From Octopus bimaculoides (lineage: Eukaryota): 32,745 nucleotides of DNA. The notes below the pieces were generated by a model. It was not told the origin of the DNA. It did not search any database and saw nothing but the letters and a program-made list of their open reading frames with translations. The translations under genes were made by a program, and so were the position numbers. This document shows, in pieces, positions 11,328 through 23,331 of this stretch. The stretch's first letter is position 1. Each line of letters starts with the position of its first letter. Where the stretch lies: NCBI RefSeq assembly GCF_001194135.2, contig NC_068984.1, forward strand, positions 64,104,452-64,137,196. Reading direction: 5' to 3'.

Positions 11328-11417
11328 ATATATATATATATATATATACACGCATCTGTAAATTGTATATGTATATAACTATCTATGTAAATATATATTT
11401 ACACACACACGCACGCG

Positions 11418-11456
11418 CATACATACATACATACATACATACATACATACATACAT
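11418..11456. repeat. (TACA)n microsatellite
   Basis: Direct. Confidence 0.9.
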
Positions 11457-11676
11457 AGAGTAGAGTGTTCCAAAATACTACGCTATCAGCGAGACAAAGG
11501 AGTAACTTTTATATGCATATATAGACAGCCTCATGCATTAAACTGGCCAAGAACATGGAAAAAAGTACATGCAGGATTGGTGATATGAAAATCCATTACC
11601 TGAAGTATACAGCTAAAGGAGAATGATATGTACAAAATCATTGTGATGCTACGGCGTGACCGGAGTGTCATGCGTA

Positions 11677-12471
11677 CAGGGTGTGATGAATAAACAGTTG
11701 TCTGAATAACGCGAAAACGAAATTTCTAACATATATATTTACCAAAATTACATGAAAATATCTTCAAATACTAAAGAGATAAATTTATTCAATAAAATTG
11801 CCATTGGCCTACCAGGGCCTCCAGACTTCTTCGGAATCTCCAGCAACTCTTCCGGACGGTCTCTGTTGACGTTGGTGAATGCTACCATAATCCTTTCCTT
11901 CAGTTCATCTTCGGTAGAGTTTCTTTTTTTTTTTTTTGGTCTCTCACTCAACTGCACCCTACATATAATAATCAAGCCGTATGGAAAGTTAGGTGGCCCG
12001 ATATCAAGGGGGATGCGGTCGCAGAAATTATCTGACAGCCATGACTGGGTTCTTTTGTTTGTGTGGCATGATGCAGAGTCCTGTTGCCAGATATAGGGTA
12101 TTCAAGCTGCCACCCTCTTGAACCACGGCAACATTACCACTTTCAGGCATTTGATGTAGGCCTCCGTGTTGAGTCGGAAGCCGTGTGGGAAGATGAATGG
12201 ATGCATAACGTCACCATCATGATTGATCACTCCAAACACCAGGTTGTTGACTTGATATTTGATTTTTATTATTCTCGGTACATGTCGAATTCCAAAGAGT
12301 ACAGCAAATTGTTTCCAAATTTCTGCAAAGTGAGTTGCGTCACGGTGTTGTTTTTCTCACAGACGGTTTCTAACTTACCGTACCACACTGTGTTGTCGAT
12401 AAAATCAAAAACAAACAATGCACGTGCATGAAATTAAAAATATGAAACGGCGACAATTCTCCCGTCGCATG

Positions 12472-12476
<5 letters not shown>
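11677..12476 (-). mobile_element. Tc1/mariner (DD37D/maT-like) internally deleted element, both ends present
   Basis: Minus translation across frameshifts: VFGVINHDGDVMHPFIFPHGFRLNTEAYIKC...QQDSASCHTNKRTQSWLSDNFCDRIPLDIGPPN...STEDELKERIMVAFTN. Left end TA|CAGGGTGTGATGAATAAACAGTTGTC; right end in reverse complement CAGAGCATGCGACGGGAGAATTGTCG (imperfect TIRs). Confidence 0.85.

Positions 12477-12556
<80 letters not shown>
12475..12556. repeat. (TG)41 microsatellite
   Basis: Direct; abuts the mariner end. Confidence 0.97.
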
Positions 12557-12560
<4 letters not shown>

Positions 12561-14164
12561 CGTTTGTAATTTATGGAATTGGTATTATGAAATAGATCTT
12601 TCTATTGATGTAAAAGTAATTACTCCACAAAAAATGGTTATAATGGGCCACCCGAAACTCACTCAAAAACAGATACAGAAGCGTACATATTCATTTCGAT
12701 CTTTATTTCTCTGCTGAATTCATTTTCCAAGAAATGAAGTAACAAATCAACAACCATATGGTGCATGGCTGCGAAAGTAAAAGCATAGAACGCCCAGTTC
12801 AATGGTTTTTCTAAGCAAACGTAACGCACAGAATAAAAAATGTTTTCTTGTTTGGATAATCAACTTTACAAACTTAAGCACACGTCTGTTACAAATCCGT
12901 TTGAATGATACTTGAAGGCTATAACCGTTTGAATAGTACTTGAAATCTACGTACGAGTAACAAAGTCGACGTCTAAACGCAAAAACTAACTATGCAAAAA
13001 AATACGCGATAGCAAAACATCATAGATAACTTCTCTCCCAACCAAACCGCCATACTGATTAAAATTCTATCGAATCTATCATTTCTATTCTGATGATGAA
13101 GAGAAATATACATTCACGTTTAAAGAGATTGTATATTGAACCAATAAATTATGGACTTTACACGCAATCAACCCGTCGTGAATCGAATGTTTCTGTATAG
13201 TCCTTTTTTCACGTGTAATGGACACCTTTACTGAAAAGTTTCTTTGTTTAAACATCTTCACTGAGCAGGTCAATATATTCAGATTATGAAGAGGGAACTC
13301 TGTAATTTAGGTTCTTTCAATTAATGAAACACATCTCATTAATATGCACAAGCTCAATATAGAATTATATGCAATCGACGACTGGGTTTTACCTTCCACT
13401 CAAGCACTTTTGGGCTCAAATGGTCATTATATCATCATAACACTTATGTTCCCTTAATGCATGACTCGATTAGATCATCATTAGTATACATTGCAGAATT
13501 GATCATGTGACTTCGTTTTTGGAGTCTATTATTATCAATAAACATTTTTTTCATATTTCATTTTTTTCATATTATCTATATATGAGTTGCAATAGAGATT
13601 AACTGTTACATTTTGAATTCAAATGTGTACTTTTGTCACACAATTACTCTCCTAATCTAATCATCCACAGACAAGATACGAAGATTGCCATAATTAATTC
13701 ATTTCCATTTATCCCAAATAATTAATAAACTATAACCTTTCTCCTTAATTATTTCCAGAATTGATCTTTTTTCTTTTTTGTCTTTGCAAAATTAACTTCC
13801 TTTAAATTTATCATTTCTACATGTGTGTGTCACACTTAGGAGCATATTGTTTTCTTTTCTAAGTTCACACATCCCAGGTCTGTGCGGTCATTATATTGAC
13901 AATTGCGTCGGTGTTACCAACTTCAGCTCGGCTAATTTATATTTTGACCCTGTTTCATGGGAATGTACCTCTGCGACCCGTACGATCCTTTTTTGCAGGG
14001 AGGAGTTACCAATATTGTTTTCGTTACTGCCTGCAGCAACTATTCCCTTATTCAGAGTAAAGCAACTGCACTCAAAATATTGGATTCGGATACGCATAAA
14101 ATATGTTGTTTCAAACATTATTTCGAGTGTATTGATTTTGCTCACGTGAATACAAATAGATTTT

Positions 14165-14462
14165 CATATATGTCTGTGTGTATGTGTATCTATATGTGCA
14201 AGCATGTATTTCAGTGTGCGCGCATGTGTGTATGTTAATACGTACAGACATTAACACATTTACATGCACTTATAGACGCACATATGCACGTATCAGTCCA
14301 TATATGCGCGTGTGGTGTGTGTGCCTGCGCACATACCATCTACGCACGCATACATATATCTGTGTTTGTATATTTGTAAAGATATATATATATGCGTGTA
14401 TATATACATATATATATACACATATAGACATGTGTGTATATGTTCGTACGCGCGCGCGCGTA
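14165..14462. repeat. Degenerate (TA/TG/CA)n low-complexity tract
   Basis: Direct. Confidence 0.8.
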
Positions 14463-16624
14463 TTTTGTATCATTATTGTCTTGCGTCTCTCGTCATGTGA
14501 CAAGTGCACAATTCAACTCCCGCGACAGGATCACTTCTCTGATACTTACAAATGTCTTATCCGCTTTTATTAGCGTGAGAAGGTTGATTTCCATAATTTG
14601 AATCACTGTTTTCCGTTGTTGTATTTTATGTCCTTTATATGTGCAAACCTCTCTTCAATTAAAATTTCTGTTTGAGGTACAAAGAAATCTGACTTTAAAC
14701 AGATTTCAGTAACATGACAAATTTCTAAACCTTATCAAATCCTTTCAACAGAGGCTGTTTGTTCTGTCCGTAGTTAATCCAATGTCATCGGGCATGGTAT
14801 TGACGTCAATATACCGATTCATATAAGCATTTCTATTTGCGTAAATACTTTATCATTCAAAATTCAAACAAACTTAGAAATTCATAAACAAACTTTTATC
14901 TTTCTATAATGTAATATCTTCAAAGATTTTGCTTTCATTAATCAATATATATTTGTATGTTTTCTGAAATATATCCGAAAGTTTATTATTGGAGATGTTC
15001 AAAGGACTATTCATGAGTGACAGTTAACTCTCGTAATTCTATTCTTTCATGATTTGCTTCATTCAAGAGAATTAAAGGCATTGAAAATCAGTATATCCCT
15101 ATGACGAAAATTAATAGCTGTGTTTGATAATTTATGTAAGAAAATATAGGATTACCTGTAGAATTTGAATTCGTTATATCAAATGGATTTTCTTATCTCA
15201 ATTCTATTTCAAATTGTTTAGAGGAATAGACACGCTGAGGTGGTAGTTTTTCTCTATACCAAGGAATGATCCATCTAGTCATTGTTTTTGTGCTTTAGTA
15301 GATGTTGTTTGGCTCCAGCACAGACGAGATTAGACAAACCTAGGATCAAAGGCAATGTTAAAAATATAACCATCCCATCCTTGATTGGGCTGTATGGTAT
15401 CGTGTGTAGAGGTAGGAAGATTTTATTTTTATTTCTGTCGTGTTGGGCAATCGCGTGGAAGCAAGAATTGGCTTTCTTATTGAATGTAGGAATGAGTCAA
15501 GCTCTCTTTAATCCAAGTCTATCAACAGCATCTCCTATTTATACAACAGATACACCCTTGGTAAAATAAGGTATGAACGTCATATTATCGTACTTACATT
15601 CTAAATGCAGGATATCGCTACCAGATATATATAAATATTCAAACTGCGTTAGTAGACCAAAGTACAAGTACACACGTTTCGTACCAAACCTTGACGAACA
15701 TACAAGTGGGATTTTGTTTATTTGCACGTGTTTTTATTCTTTGCTTTTCATTCTTTAGCACTAAATTCTTATATATGTAAACCACACTCCCATAAAAGTA
15801 CATATCATTTAATGCCCTTAGTAGCACCCAGCCCTTAATTGCCCAAACAATCAATTTTATATGATACCCCTATAATAAATCTGGTTAAAAGATTTTCTAT
15901 TCCATTACTCTGGAATACAGATATTCACCCGAATTTGTTTGATAAGGTTTAACAAACTTAAACATTTATGTGACAAACAGGTTGTTTTCATATCCTTTCC
16001 TTTGAATCTTCCATTTTTTTGACCAGTGAAATACATTCTTGTATTTCACGCAAATTTATGACGGCAAAAAACGTTGACATTTTTCTTATGTTTATTGTTT
16101 CCGAATGTTTATTGTTTATTGTTTCTATTTTTGATAAAAGTCATTCATTCCAACTCAGAATCAAGTATTAATACTATACACACTTGTTTCATATATTTTA
16201 AAATATTTTAGATTACAACATCAATCCATCAATGACACATTTATATCCATCTACTCTATTAATATGTATCTATACGAGACAGACGTTTAAAAATTATAAA
16301 TCCTATTTAGCTCCGGCTGCCAACATATATTCTCAAAATGCTATCTAAACACGCTGATCAAGATTATCAATCCTAGAATAACACGAAAAATTGTCTGGGA
16401 GAAATAAAAGTATTCATGTGTCTCCGAATTCTATTTTAAAATTATAACTCATATGAAAACACTATCCATTTTACTCAAATTTACTAGATTTTCAAACAGT
16501 CTTGCTAGTTATTTATTTCATGGAATCATTGAGACTCGAGCATATCAATAAACAAATCCTTGAATAGGCAAATGGTTCTCACACCTACTGCATACCTGAC
16601 CATTTTATCTCACATAATCATGGT

Positions 16625-17130
16625 CTTCGGGGATCCGCATGTCTCTGTTCCACCCGTTCCATCTTTCTATAGGAGTCTTCTTGGCAAGTGAGGTGATAGT
16701 AAGTCTAAATCTACTTGGCCTACTGGGACAGAAGTAGCAAAGATTGCATTTGCTTAGGTACGCTTTGTCACATGAGGACTCCTGAATTTGTAGAACATAC
16801 TCATTTGAAAGAATCCCCAATTCTGGTGGTGTGTGTGTAGAGTAAGCCCAAACATAAACTGCAGCTCTAGGGAATGTCGTCTATAGTGAACATTGGTGGA
16901 AGCTCAAAGAGGAGGAAAGCTTGTCATTGCTATACCAATGCGCTAAACAAGAACGTAGGGGATCCGTAAAGAACAGAGATGTTAGGAAGTTATCGACACT
17001 TAGAACAGGCACGACGCTCAGACAAATTGTGGAAGCCACACAAATAATAGAAAATAGACCAAACCTCAACAGAAAGCGTAAATGGAATAATAGCACGCAC
17101 CTCAATCCACAACACCCCGCAACCTGACGG
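16625..17130 (+). mobile_element. Penelope-like element fragment (GIY-YIG C-terminus), decayed
   Basis: Plus translation ...NVVY|SEHWWKLKEEESLSLLYQCAKQERRG...TLRQIVEATQIIENRPNLNRKRKW matches the PLE GIY-YIG end (LRQI.EA..I....P.LN.K.EW). The upstream 16625-16860 portion is less certain. Confidence 0.6.
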
Positions 17131-17512
17131 AATAAGAAAAATGAATGAATAAATAGAAAATACACATAGAAATAGTTGTAATATACAAACCTGGATACAC
17201 GCATACAAGATACATATACATATACCAAACACACAACCATACACACAGATACAGATACAGACACAGACACATGTGCAGAATTGGATACATATCGTTGAAT
17301 AACAAAATGAAATAAACAGGACGAGACTAAGGAAAAGAGGAGGAAAAACAATGAACAGAAAGTCACTGATGAGGTTACAGAATGTGAGACAAAAGAATCA
17401 AATGAAACTTATAGTAGCAGATAAAAAACATGTGTAGTGTTCATAAAATAATAATTATCTCTCACGAGATGGAATACTTCTTTATTTGATCTTACCCCAT
17501 CACGGAACAGTA

Positions 17513-17514
<2 letters not shown>

Positions 17515-17558
<44 letters not shown>
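17515..17558. repeat. (TA)n microsatellite
   Basis: Direct. Confidence 0.95.
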
Positions 17559-17678
17559 NNNNNNNNNNNNNNNNNNNNNNNNNNNNNNNNNNNNNNNNNN
17601 NNNNNNNNNNNNNNNNNNNNNNNNNNNNNNNNNNNNNNNNNNNNNNNNNNNNNNNNNNNNNNNNNNNNNNNNNNNNNN
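17559..17678. other. Assembly gap (N-run)
   Basis: Direct. Confidence 1.
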
Positions 17679-17847
17679 AGATGGCCACACTGAATAAACT
17701 GGGTGTTTTCACACCTTTTTTTTATCATGAGAGGAATTTTTTCCACGGTAACTGCAGTGAATTTGTCTTTTAGTGGTTGCAATATGTGACAAGCATATTT
17801 TAACTAACCTAAATTCTGCACACACAGAGACACACACACACACACTC

Positions 17848-17880
<33 letters not shown>

Positions 17881-17903
17881 TGTACGTACGTGTGTGTGTG
17901 TAT

Positions 17904-18119
17904 AAAGACCCTTCGAGAGCCATATAGCTTCGCAGGGCCGGTTTTCCGGTTTCCATAGAGTATATATTCCCGACCTCGACAAGAGGCCGGTCCATTGCAC
18001 GATTGCTCTTTTTTGCTAGGTAAGTGGAGCAACGTGAAATGAAGTATTTTGTTCAATAACACAGCGGGTCACCCGGTCCAGCTTTCAAAACCACAATCTT
18101 ACATGTTGAGTCCAACACT
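17904..18119 (-). mobile_element. tRNA-derived SINE with Meta-domain-like body, 5' truncated
   Basis: Minus strand has a B-box-like GGTTTTGAAAGCTGGACCGGG, then GCAATGGACCGGCCTCTTGTCGAGG...CTATGGAAACCGGAAAACCGGCCC, resembling the MetaSINE motif GCGATGGACTGGCGTCCCATCCAGGG...GGAAACCGG as I recall it. Confidence 0.55.
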
Positions 18120-18120
18120 C

Positions 18121-18273
<153 letters not shown>

Positions 18274-19452
18274 CAGGATGTCCCAGAAAGATTTAACTAT
18301 TTATATTTCTTAAGTATTCAAAATAAACTTAAGGTATGATAATGAAATTTGGCACCTACATTCTAATATAAATTGTCAATCCATTGAAGCAATCAAATTT
18401 CAAAATGACCGCCATTCGCCTGGGCTGTAGCTTGCAAACGAGTGGTCACTGAGTTACATGAGCGCCGTACAATCTCTTCATCCAACCTGGCCCATGACAA
18501 CAGAAAGACTTTCTTCAGGTCTGACACATTTGAAAGCAAGCAAACAGAAATATTACTCTCTAAGATACACCAGATAGCAAAGTTCATGGGAATGATGTCT
18601 GGATTTAGGGGAGGCCATATCATATTGTCCCAAAAATCGTTGAAATGCTTTTTAGACTACTTGTGTCAAATTGGATGTATGGGCTGGAGCCCTGTCTGGA
18701 GGGAAGATGTAATGGTCACCAACGGTTTATATGCCCCAGGCTCACACTTTTTTCAGCCAACATTTCCACATAAACTTCACTCTTGACGTTGACGCCAGCA
18801 TCGATGAAGATCAAGAGAGACTTGGACCCATCAGATGCAACTGCTGCCCACGCGATCAGTGAAGCTGGCTGTTGATGGCGTAAATGACTCCTGCTACCTT
18901 CGAGCAAGTCTCCTGCATTACGTGCTTAAATCCTGTGAAGATCTCGTCGGACCAGTTCGACGCTTGTTAGCGACGCGCATCATTTCATCTAACATGGTTT
19001 TACACCTGTCGAGCCATTACTTCTTGGAAGCTGCTGAAATTAATTGCCGGGATTGTTTCTTGTATGCGTTTAGCGTTCAATCCTCTTTAAAATTCTGTGC
19101 ATTGGTGATTTCCAAATATCAAGAGCTTTTGCAGTTTTTCTTGCACTTCTGCTGGAATTACGATTCACTCACTTCTTCACAGCTTCAACAGTTTCTTTGG
19201 TACGTATTGACCGTTTCTTACCAGGAATTTTGGATTGCTAGAGATAGTAGCAGACTCCATATATCGTTTCCACATATTGAACACGGTTATACAGCACACA
19301 TTCTACTCTTTTGTTGTGTCCTTGTTACTCACCCCATGCTTTGGACGACATGTTTGTTTACAAACCTGTTATAGACAAATGAAGCAATAGGCACATCAAC
19401 AAAAGACATATGCAAAGTTTTAAACATAGGTAAATCTTTCAGGAACACCTTG
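18274..19452 (-). mobile_element. Near full-length decayed Tc1/mariner (DD37D/maT-like) transposon
   Basis: TIRs TA|CAGGATGTCCCAGAAAGATTT and AAATCTTTCAGGAACACCTTG|TA, with TA on both sides. Minus translation with stops and frameshifts: PGKKRSIRTKETVEAVKK...WSDEIFT...AWAAVASDGSKSLLIFIDAGVNVKSEVYVEML...APAHTSNLTQ...WPPLNPDIIPMNFAIWCILES...ANGGHFEI. Confidence 0.92.
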
Positions 19453-20711
19453 TATATATCGGCACTTTATTTAGTACGACTCCTAAATTGAATGACATGT
19501 ATATCAACGTTTGAGTATAAGTTTTGAATCATTTCGAAAGTAAATGTTGAAACCATTTTCTTACATGCTGATCAATATACAAATATGCCAAGATATCAAT
19601 GCATTATTTGAAACTAAATATTTTCTAACGTTGAAAGAGTAATTCAATTTTCTTGTCCAATATATTTAAGGTAGAAGTATTCGTCGGTTGTGATTAAACA
19701 ATATTGTTGACTAGAATGAGGCAAGCAGCGTGCTATATTCAGCAAATTTTTGTCACTGGTTTCTAGAAAAAAGTCATATTTAATTTTGATTAAAGATGTC
19801 TATTAATCATGTTATCTCATTTCACATCTCCATATTTACCTCACTTACGCTAACGTTCATAAAAAATGCTGGTAACGGAAACCAGCGTCAGAATATAGAA
19901 AGAGAATAACTGTAATGAAGTAGAAAGTATTGGTGCTATGTAATTTCCTTGTTGAGTTATAGACATCAAATTCCTGCGTAAGAAATTCCTGAGTTTACTT
20001 GCCGTCTTTTCGAAAGTAATGTTCTTAAAATCAATATCATTTTATTCATTTTTTACAGTTAAACGAACAAGAATCCCACAAACACATCGCCATTACTCTG
20101 TAAAAGGCTGACATTGCTTATTCTATAGCCGTATCAGCCTTTAGGCTACACTTTCATTACATTCAATTCGTATAGTTTTCCGCTCAATTATTATAAATTC
20201 TTGTAGTAGAAACAGTTGGTATCTTTAAAAGGAGTTGGTCTTTCGGTGTTTTATGAATTAAATGTCTCCGTTGTATCTGCTTTGCATGACCAACGTCTAC
20301 TGTTAATGTCAGATTTAATTTCAGAATCTAAATAAACGATCTCCCTGGGTGGATGTTAACAAGTAATCAGTTTCGAATGAGTATCACACATTTTCTAACC
20401 ATAATCAAAGGTTCCCTTTCGTCTTATATACAGTTAAGAACATATCGATAGACCTAAAAAGAAGTGCTAGCAAAGTAATTGCATCCCAATACAATTTGCC
20501 ACTTTCTAAATAATGCCAGACTAATTATATGAACGGCTAATTGATGAACCATAAAATATTTACAGTTATTAATATAGTGTTTATTCTACACTGTGAAAGT
20601 ATAGTTGACACGAACATTTAGACTCGTATATATAATTTCTATATAAATACAAGTGTAATTGATATCAGTGTGAGATGAGGAAAATAGGTGCATAAAAATG
20701 TGACCGATCGG

Positions 20712-20757
20712 TAGATAGGTAGATAGACAGACAGACAGACAGACACATAGATAGATG

Positions 20758-20816
<59 letters not shown>
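20712..20816. repeat. (AGAT)n/(AGAC)n microsatellite
   Basis: Direct. Confidence 0.95.
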
Positions 20817-20817
<1 letters not shown>

Positions 20818-21459
20818 TGTCGAGTGTCCTATTTTCGCTTGAAAAGAATACAGACTATGCTATAAAACTCTAATTTGCAAAGTAAAATGTATTTGACACG
20901 TATGAAGATATATAAATATGTAATCTATTTTTAATCTACCTCATATCTGATCAACCGCGTAAGTTACCCATGACTAACACTTACCACTCCCTGAATTACC
21001 ACTCAATCATGAATATTCCAAAATTCCAATCATTCATTTTAGAAAAACCTTTAATGTTTGAATCTCTTGTCAATATATCGCACTAAAATGGCATCTGGTG
21101 CTGTAGCTCAATCTTTTCAAAGGCTACTTCTGAAATTGTAATGACACATCAGGTAATAAGAACTCATTTTCAAAAAGCAGGTGGGAAAATTCATTTTTAA
21201 TACTCAAGAATTATATGTGAAGCAATCAGCACCAGGAATAAGTTATTATGCTTACGCAAATATTAATGTTGTCAAACGTTGGATGATCTACCAAGGCTTA
21301 GTTCGACCTTAATTCTGAATATTAAATTATGTAATTCTATACGAGAACGAGACAAACAGGCATAAATTGACTCACGTATATGCAGGGACATTGAGAGGAG
21401 AACAATACACAAACGGAAACAGGAACACAGTATATGTGTATGTATGTATATATGTGTAT

Positions 21460-21564
21460 NNNNNNNNNNNNNNNNNNNNNNNNNNNNNNNNNNNNNNNNN
21501 NNNNNNNNNNNNNNNNNNNNNNNNNNNNNNNNNNNNNNNNNNNNNNNNNNNNNNNNNNNNNNNN
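21460..21564. other. Assembly gap (N-run)
   Basis: Direct; followed by (TA)n. Confidence 1.
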
Positions 21565-21600
<36 letters not shown>

Positions 21601-21714
21601 CTTAATTGCTAGTCCATTACTGACCATGTTTACTAGGATTACCTTTTCATACCGTACACACCGCATGACGTTTACTTTTATGTCACCGTTTTTTAACAAG
21701 TATGAAAACTCTTA

Positions 21715-22395
21715 ACTATGAGATCGTCTTTCACGCTTCGAGCCTACGCTCTTCAGCAGAAAGGAATAAGAGAAAATAAACAAGGAGAGAATTAAACGTT
21801 GTGGATTTAGCGATCAAGCATGGCGGCTTGATGGAAATGTTCACCTGTTAGTGGGATGGTGGTGCGAGGTGGGGGGAAGGTTTGGGGGAGATGTATCAAT
21901 GAGGAGAGAAGGTGGGTAGGAGTGAAGAGAGGAAGTAGGTGTCTGATGAAGAGAGGATAGGAGGGAAGTGAGCAGAGTTGAGCCCATATGTCGCAAAGGA
22001 GAAAACAGGGAAGATTAATTCCTGTTCACGGTTAAGGTGGGTGTCTCTGTGCAATGACAATCCGAATACAAATAGGTGTTGTAGTAAATGACCGGTAGAT
22101 CGGAAATGGCGCCAGACCGGAATGTCACTGCCAAGTCTAATGTCTCGGAGGTGCTTCGCGAACCGGTCAGCCAAGTGGCGTCCCGTTTGACCGATGTACA
22201 GAGAAGTGGCAGAAAGAGCAAGAGATGCAGTAAATGACGTTGATAGAGTCGGTGATATGATAGGGATGATGATGGGTGCCTGTGACGATGGTGGTGCTGG
22301 AGAGGTAGGGGCAAGTGCAGCAGTGTGGGTGGGAACAGAGTAACAAGCCAGGTTGGGAGGTGGGGTTAGGGAAGAAAGTGTAGATTAGGTGGTAC
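21715..22395 (-). mobile_element. Penelope-like retroelement 3' fragment (GIY-YIG endonuclease + 3' UTR/pLTR)
   Basis: Minus translation: PTSQPGLLLCSHPHCCTCPY...NVIYCISCSFC / LYIGQTGRHLADRFAKHLRDIR...PVWRHFRSTGH...REQELIF...YGLN. It carries the GIY-YIG motifs VIY..YIG, R, E and N plus the upstream CxxxxCxxC Zn-knuckle typical of PLEs. A pyrimidine-rich 3' UTR follows. Confidence 0.88.
21731..21756 (-). ncRNA. Degenerate minimal hammerhead-ribozyme-like motif in the Penelope 3' end
   Basis: Minus strand CTGAAGA-GCGTAGGCTC-GAAG-CGTG versus core CUGANGA...GAAA..UH. A15.1 and H17 deviate and stem I is not evident. Confidence 0.35.
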
Positions 22396-23269
22396 CTCTT
22401 TCTGTACCCATCCCTTAATGCCATTCTAACATATCATTCCAACTTACACACCTCATATATATTCATTACTTACGTTCTTATATTTTCCTACCCCTCTCCA
22501 TCTCCTCTCCCATCCGCCCATAATATTTTGAACAACTAACACTCCGTTTTTCAATTCTTACACTTTTTCACTTTCTCTTCTTGTTTACATTGCTCGTTCT
22601 TTCCTTCTTCTTTTCTTACGTTTTCCTTTGACATCTCTCTTCATTTTAACATACACATCTCTTCTCCCCTCTCTATCCACTTAATATTACCAATTCATTC
22701 TCAAATTTTCATTCACACCACAAAACCTCTTTGAATGAATATCATATAGAATCTACGTCTCCTCACTTTCCATTTGTGATGACAAAATATGAACTCCTAT
22801 TCGAATTTACATATCACGGACAGGAAGCATTTCTACCACTTCTACATACCAGTTTCCTTGCATAATGGAACAGCAACTGTAACATTTTTACACACTTTTA
22901 TTTTAGTTCTACATTCATTCTCCTAATCCTTTATTTGCTTCCCTTTCCAAAAAACACCCCATATTGAACTCTAATATTTCCCTCTATTTAACCATCACAC
23001 ATCATCTCTGATGAAAATATATCCCTAATATCCCAGAAACAGCTGCAAGACTAACTTTCGCTAATTAAATGTCCTGAAAATTTCACACAATCTTGGCTTT
23101 GTAGTCTCATTTTATTTAACATATGAAGGTTGATACAAGATCCGCATTAGACTCCTCACTCATATCATTATCAAACCGAGAGTTTAAGTACGGTCCTTAC
23201 ATAGCATTTACATAGCGTTTCTTGCCGCTTTGGGTCTTCTGGATACAAATACTTCTCATATATATATAA

Positions 23270-23272
<3 letters not shown>

Positions 23273-23331
<59 letters not shown>
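23273..23331. repeat. (TAA)n microsatellite
   Basis: Direct. Confidence 0.97.

Noticed and set aside
11752-12431. 114-aa and 115-aa plus-strand ORFs
   Set aside because: Antisense to the deleted mariner transposase.
13877-13925. Plus frame GLCGHYIDNCVGVTNF resembling the DHHC palmitoyltransferase motif
   Set aside because: No DHHC tetrapeptide and no upstream Cys-rich domain; the similarity is limited to NCVG..N.
15598-15689. Minus 92-nt exon candidate with a perfect GTAAGT donor, encoding FGTKRVYLYFGLLTQFEYLYISGSDILHLE (LRR-like LxxLxxLxLxxNxI)
   Set aside because: The key LRR Asn is Ser, the acceptor is weak, the length is not the usual LRR exon multiple, and no neighbouring LRR exons are visible.
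16605-16820. Cys-containing minus ORF (…CDKAYLSKCNLCYFC…RIPEDHDY) with AG/GT-like ends
   Set aside because: It lies antisense to the probable Penelope-like fragment and matches no family I recognise.
16990-17130. Minus frame ending LCGFHNLSERRACSKCR, resembling a RanBP2-type zinc finger after a strong acceptor
   Set aside because: It lacks the W-x-C-xx-C start and is antisense to a clear PLE GIY-YIG motif (LRQIVEA…LNRK.KW).
18835-19374. 179-aa plus-strand ORF, the longest N-free ORF in the window
   Set aside because: Antisense shadow of the Tc1/mariner transposase.
19963-19977. 15-nt AG|ACATCAAATTCCTGC|GTAAGA microexon-like motif
   Set aside because: Moderate acceptor only; indistinguishable from background without RNA data.
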